Source: a virus (taxonomy: Duplodnaviria; Caudoviricetes). From it: DNA of 35,753 bases. Of this stretch, positions 8,665 to 17,687 are shown piece after piece (position 1 is the first letter of the stretch; every line of letters begins with the position of its first letter). The notes below the pieces were generated by a model. The model was not told the DNA's origin. It was given only the letters and a program-made list of their open reading frames with translations, and searched no databases. The position numbers were made by a program, and so were the translations under genes. Location of the stretch: IMG/VR virus record IMGVR_UViG_3300020045_004812, positions 1-35,753 of that record. The stretch is one strand, 5' to 3'.

Positions 8665-9500
8665 ACCTTCACCCCAGCAGCCTTCATATCCCGCCGAATA
8701 GCCGCAATCTTGGACCTATCGCCCGTGCGCTCTGCTTCTTTCTCAGCCGCAGCAAGTTGCGCAGTGAAGGAACCACCGCTGGCCGATGTGCCGCCGCGCA
8801 GCTTGCTTTCTGGCGGGGGAGGGGTTTTGGTTGTCACTGTGATCTTTCCTTCAACTTTTGCCAACGCATATGCAAACCGATCAGGGTCTTTAACAGACGC
8901 CAGATCATCAAGAGCCTTCTTCGACCGCCCCAATGCCAGGATTGTGCTGGCAGGGTTGTCGCTATTGCGGATGATGATGCTCTGCTGCGCCTGCGTGAGC
9001 TTGGATCTGACCATGCTCTCGGCTGCGTCAAAATCATCCACCTTCATTGCTGTTTTGGCTGACACATACTTGCCAATACGCGCTTGATAATCCTCTGTTT
9101 CGGCCTGCGCCTCTGCAATCCTAGCCTGCTTTTTTGCCTCGACCTTAGCCTCTGCCGCGTAGAAATCACGCAGCTTTTGCTTGAAAAGCGGCTCGTTATA
9201 ACCACAATCCTCAATGGTAGGCTCGACCAGTTCAGGCTCATCCACAACCACAGCGGCCCGTGATGCAGCCAGTTCAGCCTTTGCTGCCCTAGCCTCTGCG
9301 GCGGCATCCTTCGCGGCCTTGCGCGCTGCCTGTAATGCGCGCTTGCCACGGTCGCCAAGTTCCGCCTCGATCTCTTCATCTGGGTCAGTGTCAGGCTCTT
9401 CGCCTTCGATTGTGACCTCTAAGCTTTCCTCTTCTGCCTCGATCTCAGGCGTGATGATCTCATCTTCAACGCTTGCTTCGATGGTGTCATTGTCCAGCAT
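8661..9500 (-). CDS. Scaffolding protein
   Basis: Acidic N-terminus, coiled coil and C-terminal EAERTGDRSKI helix pair; between portal and coat. Confidence 0.85.
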   Translation of the reverse strand: MLDNDTIEASVEDEIITPEIEAEEESLEVTIEGEEPDTDPDEEIEAELGDRGKRALQAARKAAKDAAAEARAAKAELAASRAAVVVDEPELVEPTIEDCGYNEPLFKQKLRDFYAAEAKVEAKKQARIAEAQAETEDYQARIGKYVSAKTAMKVDDFDAAESMVRSKLTQAQQSIIIRNSDNPASTILALGRSKKALDDLASVKDPDRFAYALAKVEGKITVTTKTPPPPESKLRGGTSASGGSFTAQLAAAEKEAERTGDRSKIAAIRRDMKAAGVKV

Positions 9501-11511
9501 TGTTGTTCAACTCTCCTGCAATGGCTTGCGCCGTTTCGAGTGCGCTCTTCTGTTGCGCGATTGGAATTCCAGCTAGTGTTTCCGCCGTCTTGGCCTGCGT
9601 CTCTTGCGTGCGGGCCTCTGCTAGGGCAGTGTCCGCAATCGCCTTCACAGCCTTAGCCTCTGCCTCTTTGGCCATTGAGGCGGCAAGGATAGCATTCGGA
9701 TCAGGCGCGGCGGGTTGTTGCGCGGCTGTCATTTCTTCTTCTTCCTCTTTGGTCGGCTTGACCACGCCCAAGGCGACAAGAGTGCGGCGGGCGTCCTCAC
9801 GCATATCGCTAAGACCCTCCCCGTCCATATTCATCATGCCGTAGGCCATCAGCTTCTTTTGATCCATCGGATCGGTAGCAAACGGCATCATGCTAACCAT
9901 TGTTCGCACAATTGACTGCCTGCGGCTTGAGCTTGTTGGGCCAACGTCCACCACAACATCGAATTTAGCACGGCTAAAATCAACCTCTGGCTTAAGCTTC
10001 CCTGTTTTCTGGTCCAACATTTTCTTGCCGATCTCAACCGTCCCGCGCTTACCATCCTCCGACAGGGTTTTCAGCTTGCGGCCTTTTTCAACGTAAATCT
10101 CTGACGCCATGCCCTGCCAGATTTCAGCAATGCGCGCCTCTGCTTCCGCCGCCCCATCCGTAAAGGCAGTGGATCGCATATCAGCCTTGCCCTGCGCCAA
10201 CTCCATGCTAATGCCGCTGGTGTTGGGCTGCAACATTTCTGTATTTTGCTGGTTTCCGTTCTGGTCTGCAATATCCTGCTTGGTCAGCTGGATAAGCGCA
10301 GCGACCGCAGGGGCAACATCTGGCGACTTCGTGAAGCCGACAGGCCCGGTAAGCTGGATCTGGCCAGCCGCATCACGAATGGCATTGATCAGAAGGAATG
10401 CATTGTTATCGATATTGTCGCGCTGCCAAGTATTGGCATGCCCTGCAATCTGCTCGGCCAGAAAGATTGGCTTTTCAATGCTGGATGCAGCAGCCGTCTC
10501 GCCAACCTTGGACACTTGCAGGTTGTAAACAATCTGGGGGTCCATCTGCTTAAGCACATGGCCTCGGAAATGTTCACGGTGATCAATGATCTTCCAATAC
10601 CCATATTGTGGCACAAGCGGGATGTTTCGACCGGGGACAATCTCAGGCCCAGATAGAATTTTAGCGCCGTTCATCACGTATTTCTTTACGCGGTCGTATT
10701 TGTCTGTCCGTGGCTCTTGCTCCACAAAACCCGTTGCAAGCAATGTGGCTACGGCCTCATCATCAAGGTCATCTTCGAGGTGCTCTTGAACCTCATCGCC
10801 AAAACCCTTGAAGATGCGGAATGTCTCGCGCCCCACCTCCTTGACAAAGTATTCAGCGACATAAACCAAATCTGTGCCACCCCCAAACCACGGGAAGCTG
10901 TATTGGCCCACAAGGCCAGCTGGCCAGCCCGCGCAATCATCGCCATATTCTTTCACGAATGCCCGCCGCGCCCATGGCGTGATCAGGAAGGCGTGTTCGG
11001 CGTCTGACTTGTCTTTGCGTTTTGCATTTGCGTCGAAATACAACGTGCTTTCCGCGTCGTTGACAGGCTCAAGGCAGATGCGCTGATATTCACTGTTAGG
11101 CTCATATTCGGCCCGGAGCCTCATTCCGCCAAATCCGCCCTCAAGAGCGCCGTAGAACGCAGTATCCCTCGCTTCTTTGCCTTGGCTGTCTTGCGTATCG
11201 GCGCGGTATCTTGCGGCACAGGCGTCTGCCAGATCATCGGCATCAGACCCGTCGCTGGGCATGAACATCGCAGAAATACGGTTTTTGCGGTATTCATTTG
11301 CGATGCGAATGACCTCGCCTGATACATGGTCAATTTCCAGCATCATCTTGTTGTCGAAGGTGCCTTGCGCCCAATCCCATTGCGCGCCGCGAATGTTTAC
11401 AAAGCGCCGTGATAGCAACGCCTGTTCCCGGTCGTAGGCTGTAGCGTCATAGCTGTCTTGGAATTGTTGCAGCGCCTCTGCGTGCAAAGCGGCCTTGGTT
11501 TGACGTGTCAT
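9487..11511 (-). CDS. Portal protein, P22 gp1-like
   Basis: 674 aa; GAQW, GGFG..RL and FDVVVDVGP...SRR motifs; C-terminal helical barrel. Confidence 0.95.
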   Translation of the reverse strand: MTRQTKAALHAEALQQFQDSYDATAYDREQALLSRRFVNIRGAQWDWAQGTFDNKMMLEIDHVSGEVIRIANEYRKNRISAMFMPSDGSDADDLADACAARYRADTQDSQGKEARDTAFYGALEGGFGGMRLRAEYEPNSEYQRICLEPVNDAESTLYFDANAKRKDKSDAEHAFLITPWARRAFVKEYGDDCAGWPAGLVGQYSFPWFGGGTDLVYVAEYFVKEVGRETFRIFKGFGDEVQEHLEDDLDDEAVATLLATGFVEQEPRTDKYDRVKKYVMNGAKILSGPEIVPGRNIPLVPQYGYWKIIDHREHFRGHVLKQMDPQIVYNLQVSKVGETAAASSIEKPIFLAEQIAGHANTWQRDNIDNNAFLLINAIRDAAGQIQLTGPVGFTKSPDVAPAVAALIQLTKQDIADQNGNQQNTEMLQPNTSGISMELAQGKADMRSTAFTDGAAEAEARIAEIWQGMASEIYVEKGRKLKTLSEDGKRGTVEIGKKMLDQKTGKLKPEVDFSRAKFDVVVDVGPTSSSRRQSIVRTMVSMMPFATDPMDQKKLMAYGMMNMDGEGLSDMREDARRTLVALGVVKPTKEEEEEMTAAQQPAAPDPNAILAASMAKEAEAKAVKAIADTALAEARTQETQAKTAETLAGIPIAQQKSALETAQAIAGELNNNAGQ

Positions 11512-11535
11512 TCAATGCCCCATTTTGTTTGCGGC

Positions 11536-11563
11536 ATCATAGCCGATTTTCGCTGTGAAACAA
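11536..11563 (-). promoter_or_regulatory. Possible promoter upstream of portal
   Basis: TTGTTT-16-TATGAT in the 59-bp terL-portal gap. Confidence 0.4.
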
Positions 11564-11570
11564 GGATGCA

Positions 11571-12896
11571 TCACCAGCGGCTCCCCGCGCCAAGGTTCTG
11601 GCGCTGCGGCATGACAAAGGGCACATCCTCAACTCTCTGCACCATACCGGGGAATAGGTCGGTGAACGCCCAGACAAGTCCATCAACCCGGTCTGGAGAA
11701 TAGCCCTGTGCTATGCGGTCAAAGCCCAAGGTGAATGCGCACATCTGATCAACCAATTCAGGGAAGTCCTGCGCATGGCGAACCTTCCCCTGCTCGTATA
11801 GCGCCGCTACAGGCTCGGCACGCACATGCTTGGCCCGTGTGGCCGTCACCTTGCGCACCGGCACCGTGCGGCCCTGTGCTGCTGCCCTGATCATGCTTTC
11901 AACCATGTCACCGCCTTGGTTAACCTCGGCAACAACAGCATCGGCGGCGTAGGTATCGAATAGGCTAACAGCCCTCCGCGCCCATTCCTCTGGCCTGAAT
12001 TTCCCGCTCTCATCCGCCAGCACATATCCGCGATCATCCATTCCAATGCCGGCCACAATGATGCCAGTTTCATCCGAACCGGGCAGGTTGGTGATGGCCG
12101 GGTCTATTGAAACCACAATGCGCTTCATCGTTGGCGGGGTGTCTATCTTGATGTAGCTGCGCCGCCATAGAGCGTTATCATCATCAGCGGTAAATGCCCC
12201 ATCAAAGAACCGCCGCCGCATCCGCTCAGGCAGGTTTCGCAGCGCCGCGATATAGTCAGGCGGCAGGTTACCCGCGTTATCAATCGGGTTCACCATGATT
12301 GTTCGGTAATCAGTCTCATGATCTGGTATGGCAAAGCTGCCCTCTGGGTGGATGCCGTTGATCCAGATTTGATAGGTCCAATGTGCGGACACGGTTGGGT
12401 TGAGGTCAACATACAACCGCAGTGGAAGGCGCTTGCCATTCACCTGCATAACCGACTGAGCAAGGCGCGTCTGCACGATTGAGAACGCCGCCAAGGTGAT
12501 CTGGCTGGCCTCATTCAGATAGATCGTGGCAAATTCCTTGCCCAGCACCTTATCTAGCCGCGCCTTGTCTTTCAGTCCCGCAAGCCAAAGCTGCGACCCG
12601 TTGGGGGCCTCATAGTATCCGTCCTTGTCGTGCCATTTTAGCGCCAAGCCTGGGAACGCCAGCGCCAAAACAGAAGGCACCGTCTCATTTCCGACCGACT
12701 GTTTTGCGTCTACACCGTCCGCGCGAAATACAGCATGGCGTGACCCCGGCGCTTTGAGCATCCGCACGATAATCGCGTAGATGATGAAAAACGTCTTCCC
12801 AGACCGCGACCCTCCATAGACCAGAAAGAATTTGGCCGCAGTTGCGAATATCGCGCGGACTTCTTTCTGTTTGGGGGTCAGTTCAAAGGTCGGCAT
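11571..12896 (-). CDS. terL: Terminase large subunit
   Basis: Walker A GGSRSGKT, Walker B IYLNE, coupling motif DLNP, nuclease motifs SIDPA and SPDRVD. Confidence 0.95.
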   Translation of the reverse strand: MPTFELTPKQKEVRAIFATAAKFFLVYGGSRSGKTFFIIYAIIVRMLKAPGSRHAVFRADGVDAKQSVGNETVPSVLALAFPGLALKWHDKDGYYEAPNGSQLWLAGLKDKARLDKVLGKEFATIYLNEASQITLAAFSIVQTRLAQSVMQVNGKRLPLRLYVDLNPTVSAHWTYQIWINGIHPEGSFAIPDHETDYRTIMVNPIDNAGNLPPDYIAALRNLPERMRRRFFDGAFTADDDNALWRRSYIKIDTPPTMKRIVVSIDPAITNLPGSDETGIIVAGIGMDDRGYVLADESGKFRPEEWARRAVSLFDTYAADAVVAEVNQGGDMVESMIRAAAQGRTVPVRKVTATRAKHVRAEPVAALYEQGKVRHAQDFPELVDQMCAFTLGFDRIAQGYSPDRVDGLVWAFTDLFPGMVQRVEDVPFVMPQRQNLGAGSRW

Positions 12897-13269
12897 CGTC
12901 GCCGGATATTGTCACATTGAAGGATTTGATTTCCTGCTTTTCGATCAACAGGCCGTGCAGCTTGGCCTTGCCCATCGTTGCCCCGGTCATCGCCGCAGGA
13001 TTGGCAACTTCCTTGGCAAGCTTGCGGGCCTCGTCCAGCTCGGCGGTGAGGCTTTCCAGCGTCACCATAAGGCGTTCTGTAGCCATTGCCTTGAGTTCAG
13101 CAACCCTACCCGTAACCGCCCCCCCTGCCAACAACTCACTTGACCGCTTCCAAACCGTCTCTGGCTTGGTATTCTCGCCAACCTCATATGCCACGCGATA
13201 GGCTTCTGACGCATTGCCAGTCTCGACATATGCGAGGCAAAATGCCTCCTGTTTTGCTGTCAGCGCCAT
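12883..13269 (-). CDS. terS: Terminase small subunit
   Basis: LTAKQEAFCLAYVETGNASEAYR HTH start; directly upstream of terL. Confidence 0.93.
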   Translation of the reverse strand: MALTAKQEAFCLAYVETGNASEAYRVAYEVGENTKPETVWKRSSELLAGGAVTGRVAELKAMATERLMVTLESLTAELDEARKLAKEVANPAAMTGATMGKAKLHGLLIEKQEIKSFNVTISGDDADL

Positions 13270-13275
13270 ATCGTT

Positions 13276-13303
13276 ATACTATCACATTCCGCTGCGTTGT
13301 AAA
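13276..13303 (-). promoter_or_regulatory. Possible leaderless promoter of terS
   Basis: TTTACA-16-TAGTAT, 6 nt before the ATG; no SD. Confidence 0.45.
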
Positions 13304-13623
13304 TGTTGGGCGCGCTCAAGTTCCAAAAGGCGCTCTTGCGCCTTCGCAACCCGATCTTTTGCTTGTTCAATACGTGCGGCGTTCAGGACCGCTCGAACTG
13401 CATATTGATCTCTCATCGAAAACAGCGCAGACAAGTCGTCCAAATTATCTTGGGTCAATTTGTCTTCGCCAGATAATCCCGCTGCGTCCAAAAACCTTGC
13501 CACGCGAAATAAGTCAGCATGATCACGCCCAAACATTTGCGACCTATATTCATTATCTGCTTGCATTGCCTTCTCTACCATTTTTGTCAATCCCAATGCC
13601 CCATTTATGATACTTGCGAACAT
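13282..13623 (-). CDS. Hypothetical protein
   Basis: 113-aa helical ORF with a purine-rich SD region. Confidence 0.6.
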   Translation of the reverse strand: MFASIINGALGLTKMVEKAMQADNEYRSQMFGRDHADLFRVARFLDAAGLSGEDKLTQDNLDDLSALFSMRDQYAVRAVLNAARIEQAKDRVAKAQERLLELERAQHLQRSGM

Positions 13624-13740
13624 CTCCCGTCCCCCTCTGTTAAATCACCGCGCCTCGCCCTGAGAGGAATGGTTTGCGCGGCTGCGATGGTTTGGGCGCT
13701 CACTCACCCGGCACTCATCGCTTACCGCCTGCTTGCAATG

Positions 13741-14142
13741 TCAGGTCACACTAGACTTGATATATTTTGCGACCGCCTTTGGTGATGCAGATAGAGCAAC
13801 GCGTGGCTTTGGTGGATTGTTGCGCACCCAGTTTAGATGCTCGGTCTTGGGCGTGAATTTGATGCCAAGAACCCTAGCCATCGATCGAACTGAATGGATG
13901 CTTACGCCAAGCTTTTCGCCGCACTCGTGGGCTGTCATGCCTGCGTCTGCACATGCGCGATATTGGGCGCGGCGTTCTCGGTCTGATCGGCCTGCCCAGA
14001 TGACCTTGAGTTTAGCGCGGCGAAGCACTTGGTTTACGTCCGTGCGGTTGCATCCGATCATATTCGCGATTTCCCACGATCCGCGCTTGCCGTCATAGAG
14101 CGGCAGGACTTTGGCCTTAAGCTGACCCTTGAGATATGCCAT
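13741..14142 (-). CDS. Tandem-HTH DNA-binding protein (late-regulator candidate)
   Basis: Two HTH-like units (SWEIANMIGCNRTDVNQVL; TAHECGEKLGVSIHSVRSMA); GGAGG SD. Confidence 0.65.
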   Translation of the reverse strand: MAYLKGQLKAKVLPLYDGKRGSWEIANMIGCNRTDVNQVLRRAKLKVIWAGRSDRERRAQYRACADAGMTAHECGEKLGVSIHSVRSMARVLGIKFTPKTEHLNWVRNNPPKPRVALSASPKAVAKYIKSSVT

Positions 14143-14564
14143 CACGCCAGCCTCCACATGCTAGGCGCTGATCCGTTGGTGCGCTTGCACTCGATGCGCC
14201 CTGCCTGCGATAGTCGCTTGAGGGCTTGGCGAACGCTTTCGGGATGCAGGCCGATCTTGGCGGATAGCTCAGGCGTGATGATTTGCCAATCGCGTGTCAT
14301 GTGCGGCATGACCAGATCCGGCGCTGTGATGCTCAGGCGTGGCTTGCCTTTACCGCCCATATCAATGGGTGTGGTTGTCGGCAGGCGTCCAGCCCCCGGT
14401 TGCTCTGATCGCTCAATCAGTGCCATTGCCTGCGCTGGCGTGCTGCCCATCGCGATATGCTGGTCAAGGCGTGCGGCGTATGCTGGCGGCTTTTTGGGTG
14501 GCAGCGGCGGCATGACGCGGGCTGCGGTTATGGTGCGGAATTGGGTGATTGGTGTGGGTTTCAT
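14142..14564 (-). CDS. Protein with C-terminal winged HTH
   Basis: TPELSAKIGLHPESVRQALKRLSQAGRIE followed by a wing. Confidence 0.65.
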   Translation of the reverse strand: MKPTPITQFRTITAARVMPPLPPKKPPAYAARLDQHIAMGSTPAQAMALIERSEQPGAGRLPTTTPIDMGGKGKPRLSITAPDLVMPHMTRDWQIITPELSAKIGLHPESVRQALKRLSQAGRIECKRTNGSAPSMWRLA

Positions 14565-14998
14565 TCCGGCACCTTTAGGCTGCGCAGGGCTTTTATAGCG
14601 GCGGTGTATATCAATCCCCTCGCGCTACCGACCCGCTGGCCTTCGGATGTTGCCAGCGCCTCCTGCCATTCCTTCACCGCTGCGAAGATGGCGGCTGGCG
14701 TGTCACACCCTGCATGATTGAGGGGGCTGGCATAAGCGCGGCCTGTAAGCGGCTCGTCAAGAATGGACCGCACCGCATCAGTGTCATCAGCGCACCCATC
14801 ACCGGATGGCGTTAAGTCCAAAGCGGTCGGCTTGGCGCGGTAGACGTGATATTCGGTCCAGTCTGGTTCGCAATCCATCCACCCAAAAACTGAATAGCAC
14901 TGAATGGTTTCATCTGCTTCGTGGTGCGCCCGTAGCGCCTTGCGTGTTTTCTTTCCGAGCAAGCCGAGCGGCGCTTTGATTTTGGTGAGGTCTTTCAT
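14561..14998 (-). CDS. Hypothetical mosaic protein (YRAKP module)
   Basis: ATG 14998 coupled to the upstream stop; its N-terminal module resembles 25962..26366. Confidence 0.65.
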   Translation of the reverse strand: MKDLTKIKAPLGLLGKKTRKALRAHHEADETIQCYSVFGWMDCEPDWTEYHVYRAKPTALDLTPSGDGCADDTDAVRSILDEPLTGRAYASPLNHAGCDTPAAIFAAVKEWQEALATSEGQRVGSARGLIYTAAIKALRSLKVPE

Positions 14999-15279
14999 TC
15001 CAAAGCCTCCCGCGCTACAACAGCCATGCGTCGGACTGTGGCGTTGGCCTTGGGTGTGGGCATAGCGGCGATGGTGCGGAGGGCGGCTGTGAGCTGGTCG
15101 GCACGGGCCATTTCTTCGCGGGCGCTTTGATGCGCCACCCACAAATCCGCGCGGGCTTCGGTTATATCCCCTAGCGCCTTGCTCGTTGTCTGAGACATGG
15201 CCCAGATACTAGCGTGCGCAGCGGAAAGCGCGCCCCCGCTGATGAGGTTTGCCAACCAGTGTGTGAATTTCATTTTCAT
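14995..15279 (-). CDS. Hypothetical coiled-coil protein
   Basis: Start MKMKF after a GGAG-containing SD region; translationally coupled downstream. Confidence 0.6.
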   Translation of the reverse strand: MKMKFTHWLANLISGGALSAAHASIWAMSQTTSKALGDITEARADLWVAHQSAREEMARADQLTAALRTIAAMPTPKANATVRRMAVVAREALE

Positions 15280-15394
15280 CTCCGTTCTCCCATTGCGCGC
15301 GGCCCAAAGCGGGGGAGAAGTCCGCTGGTGACGGTCGGGGATCAATCCGGGTCAGGGCCGCGCATCCGTAGTCTGCCATGCTGTAGGGCGGGGG

Positions 15395-15526
15395 TCAAAT
15401 GGTTTTCGTAGGCGTTATTGTGAAATCGCTCCGGCCCAGATGCGCCGCAGCGCGCTTGGCTTGGGCCACGCTACGAAACCAAATGTATGCGCCTGTTTTG
15501 GTGTTTTCGAGAAGGTAGCGGGTCAT
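15395..15526 (-). CDS. Small hypothetical protein (43 aa, MTRYLLENTKTG...)
   Basis: Read by hand; ATGA overlap with the upstream stop and a GGAGG SD. Confidence 0.5.
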   Translation of the reverse strand: MTRYLLENTKTGAYIWFRSVAQAKRAAAHLGRSDFTITPTKTI

Positions 15527-15999
15527 GCGTCACCTCCAAATGACTTAGGCTTGAACCCAACCTCTGCCATGATCGCAGCGGCTTGCTCGGCTGTCATAGG
15601 CTTACGTTCTGGCTCTGGTGGCGGCGGCAGCGCGCGCTTGTGAGCCTGCATCACCTCTCGGCGTGCCTCTCGAATATGCTTGAGAATATGCCCCTCATTT
15701 GGCATGTTCTTGGGATCTTCGATAACAGCCAAGCGACACGCTGCCATGACCTCATTCAGCGGGTAATCTTGAAGCGCATCCATCCAATCTGTCAGCAGCC
15801 TATCTTGCGCCATGGTGCCGCGATCACGGTCCCAGCCGAAGCGGTCAAACTTCTTTGCCAGAACCTCTAGTTCAACCGCGACCATTGCCCGGTGTTGGGC
15901 CAGCGCCTGACAGTCTAAGAATGTTCGCAAGGGCCGGGTCAACCCTGTCGCCGCGTCCTTGGGAAGATCCGAATTTGGTATTTGCAGTGCGTGGGTCAT
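15523..15999 (-). CDS. Replication accessory protein (helicase loader/inhibitor-like; true start may be 15885)
   Basis: W.DALQDYPL.EV..AC...MPNEG pattern; immediately downstream of the initiator gene. Confidence 0.65.
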   Translation of the reverse strand: MTHALQIPNSDLPKDAATGLTRPLRTFLDCQALAQHRAMVAVELEVLAKKFDRFGWDRDRGTMAQDRLLTDWMDALQDYPLNEVMAACRLAVIEDPKNMPNEGHILKHIREARREVMQAHKRALPPPPEPERKPMTAEQAAAIMAEVGFKPKSFGGDA

Positions 16000-16702
16000 A
16001 GTTGCCCTCCATCAGTTTGGTGAAATTTTTGGGTTTTGCCAGCCAGTCGAAGTCAGCTTTCCAACCTCGGTCGTTGTTTCCGGTAAGAAGCGGGGATCGG
16101 GCGGCACGGTCTATGGCCTCACACCACTCAGCCTGCCCGCCAGTGTCGGATATGCGCCGAGAAAGCGCGGTGCGACGGTCAGCGCCAAATATCTGAACCT
16201 GCGGCCAGCCCACCCGTGCCGCCACTGCGTTGAAATGATCAATGCAAGACTTCAATTCGAGAGCGGGAAACCGCGTAACCTTCTCTTCTGGTGGTTCAAT
16301 GGTGGTTATTGGTGGTTCGCCCGCATCCGGTGCGGTGTTTAATGTCGTGGGATGCGGGGTTTCCGGCATGGCGTGCGGGGTTTCTGCATGGGAAACGGTG
16401 TTTCCGGTGCGGGGTTTTTCGAAATACACCGCATCAGGTGCCGTGTTTAACTTGATGGTATAGGTGTTGCGCTGGTGCCTACCGCCACCCCAAACCACCG
16501 ATAAAACGCCCAATTCGATGAGCCGCTTCACCACGTTTTGAACGCCGCGATCCTTCATTCCAGTGCGTGCGCAGATGTCTGCGGTAGACGGATAGCAGGC
16601 CCCAGTCTTCTCATCGGCGCGGTCGGCAAGCGCCAGCATTACGAGCCGCTCGTATGGATCCAGATCGGATGCGAACACCGCGTTGATATGCGGGAGGCTC
16701 AT
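15872..16702 (-). CDS. Replication initiator (lambda O-like: N-terminal wHTH, C-terminal GWKADFDWL domain)
   Basis: LVMLALADRAD...CYPS...TG...RGVQ..VKRL..LG; C-terminal NDRGWKADFDWL...LMEGNY; internal iteron-like repeats. Confidence 0.85.
   Translation of the reverse strand: MSLPHINAVFASDLDPYERLVMLALADRADEKTGACYPSTADICARTGMKDRGVQNVVKRLIELGVLSVVWGGGRHQRNTYTIKLNTAPDAVYFEKPRTGNTVSHAETPHAMPETPHPTTLNTAPDAGEPPITTIEPPEEKVTRFPALELKSCIDHFNAVAARVGWPQVQIFGADRRTALSRRISDTGGQAEWCEAIDRAARSPLLTGNNDRGWKADFDWLAKPKNFTKLMEGNYDPRTANTKFGSSQGRGDRVDPALANILRLSGAGPTPGNGRG
16321..16450. repeat. Iteron-like repeats, probable replication origin
   Basis: TGCGG(G/T)GTTT units at 16331, 16353, 16374 and 16408, degenerate copies at 16394 and 16439; 22-bp direct repeat 16321-16342/16429-16450 with 2 mismatches. 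Confidence 0.7.
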
Positions 16703-17217
16703 TGCTCAACTTGCCTCGCCTTGATGGCATCCAAACGGCGTTTCGAGTTGGCCTGATATCTTTCATAAATTGGGGTAAATTCTTCGATGGTCATTTCTAA
16801 AATTGCATCGACAATACCAAATGCGTGGGTATCAACGGCTTCGCTCAGATGCCAAATGAAACCACTGTCAAGCATCAACTCCGAAACGCATGGGACATGG
16901 CCCGGTAAAAAATCCCCGAGCAGGCTACCAACTTGCTCTAAATGGTTAGCATCCAATACATTCTTGGCGATTTCAACGTCCTGAACGAAAAACTCACGCC
17001 CTACGTTTAGACGGCAATCATTGAAATCGGAGTGCATCATGTGCTCCAATTCACCGCAGTCCGGGGAGTAGGCTTGATGTTCAATCTTGAATGGGGTCGG
17101 CACCCCAGTTTGGTATAACTCATTGACGCGAACATCGACTGGACGTGTCGTTTTCCCGATTTTGACGATACCCGGCATGGATGGATTGCTCAGAATATAG
17201 ACATAGCCTTTAGCCAT
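16699..17217 (-). CDS. T5orf172/GIY-YIG family protein
   Basis: GYVYILSNPSMPGIVKIGKT...GVPTPF...REFF; AT-richer than its neighbours. Confidence 0.9.
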   Translation of the reverse strand: MAKGYVYILSNPSMPGIVKIGKTTRPVDVRVNELYQTGVPTPFKIEHQAYSPDCGELEHMMHSDFNDCRLNVGREFFVQDVEIAKNVLDANHLEQVGSLLGDFLPGHVPCVSELMLDSGFIWHLSEAVDTHAFGIVDAILEMTIEEFTPIYERYQANSKRRLDAIKARQVEQ

Positions 17218-17295
17218 GCTCAGCCCTTTCTTAGGGCAGGGTCTTGCATCACGGCACCACCCGTGGTAACAATAACCTGCGATTTCATCACCGCC

Positions 17296-17350
17296 ACGAT
17301 ACGCCGCTACCACGGCAAAGGCAAGGCCCTTGGGTAAATCCGAGGGCCTT
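17296..17350 (-). promoter_or_regulatory. Hairpin plus sigma70-like promoter upstream of the T5orf172/replication genes
   Basis: AAGGCCCT/AGGGCCTT hairpin at 17323-17350 overlapping TTGCCT-17-TATCGT. Confidence 0.5.
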
Positions 17351-17363
17351 AGCTTTTTACAGA

Positions 17364-17687
17364 TCATTTTGGCAAGGTTCGGCAGCTTCTAAACATCAGA
17401 CCGACGCCGCCTGGCACATTCTTGATGGCGTGGCGCACTGTCATTACATCGCGCTTAACCAGCCGCGCTATTTCCAGCTTCGGAAACCCGCGCTGATCTG
17501 CAATGAGGCAGATCATATTACGAGCCTCGCAGATTGAGTTATCACCCCGGTTTGGTGCAAATATGGCGGCAGGATCAACGCCAAACTCTGCGCACACACT
17601 ATCTACGATCATCGCAAATTCCGCACGCGTCCGCAGTATTGGGTGACGCCGGATTGTATCAAACTCCTCTGGCGTCAGGGTATTCAC
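17364..17687 (-). CDS. DnaA C-terminal-like HTH protein
   Basis: IVDSVCAEFGV...IFAPNR....EARNMIC...EIARLVKRDVMTVRHAI; GTGA coupling. Confidence 0.75.
   Translation of the reverse strand: MNTLTPEEFDTIRRHPILRTRAEFAMIVDSVCAEFGVDPAAIFAPNRGDNSICEARNMICLIADQRGFPKLEIARLVKRDVMTVRHAIKNVPGGVGLMFRSCRTLPK

Noticed and set aside
895-12073. Many plus-strand and alternate-frame ORFs over the structural genes
   Set aside because: Shadow ORFs of GC-rich genes, with no SD or recognisable motifs.
16321-16450. CRISPR-like or DGR repeat
   Set aside because: Units are about 11 bp, lie inside a coding gene and lack unique spacers; no cas or reverse transcriptase gene seen.
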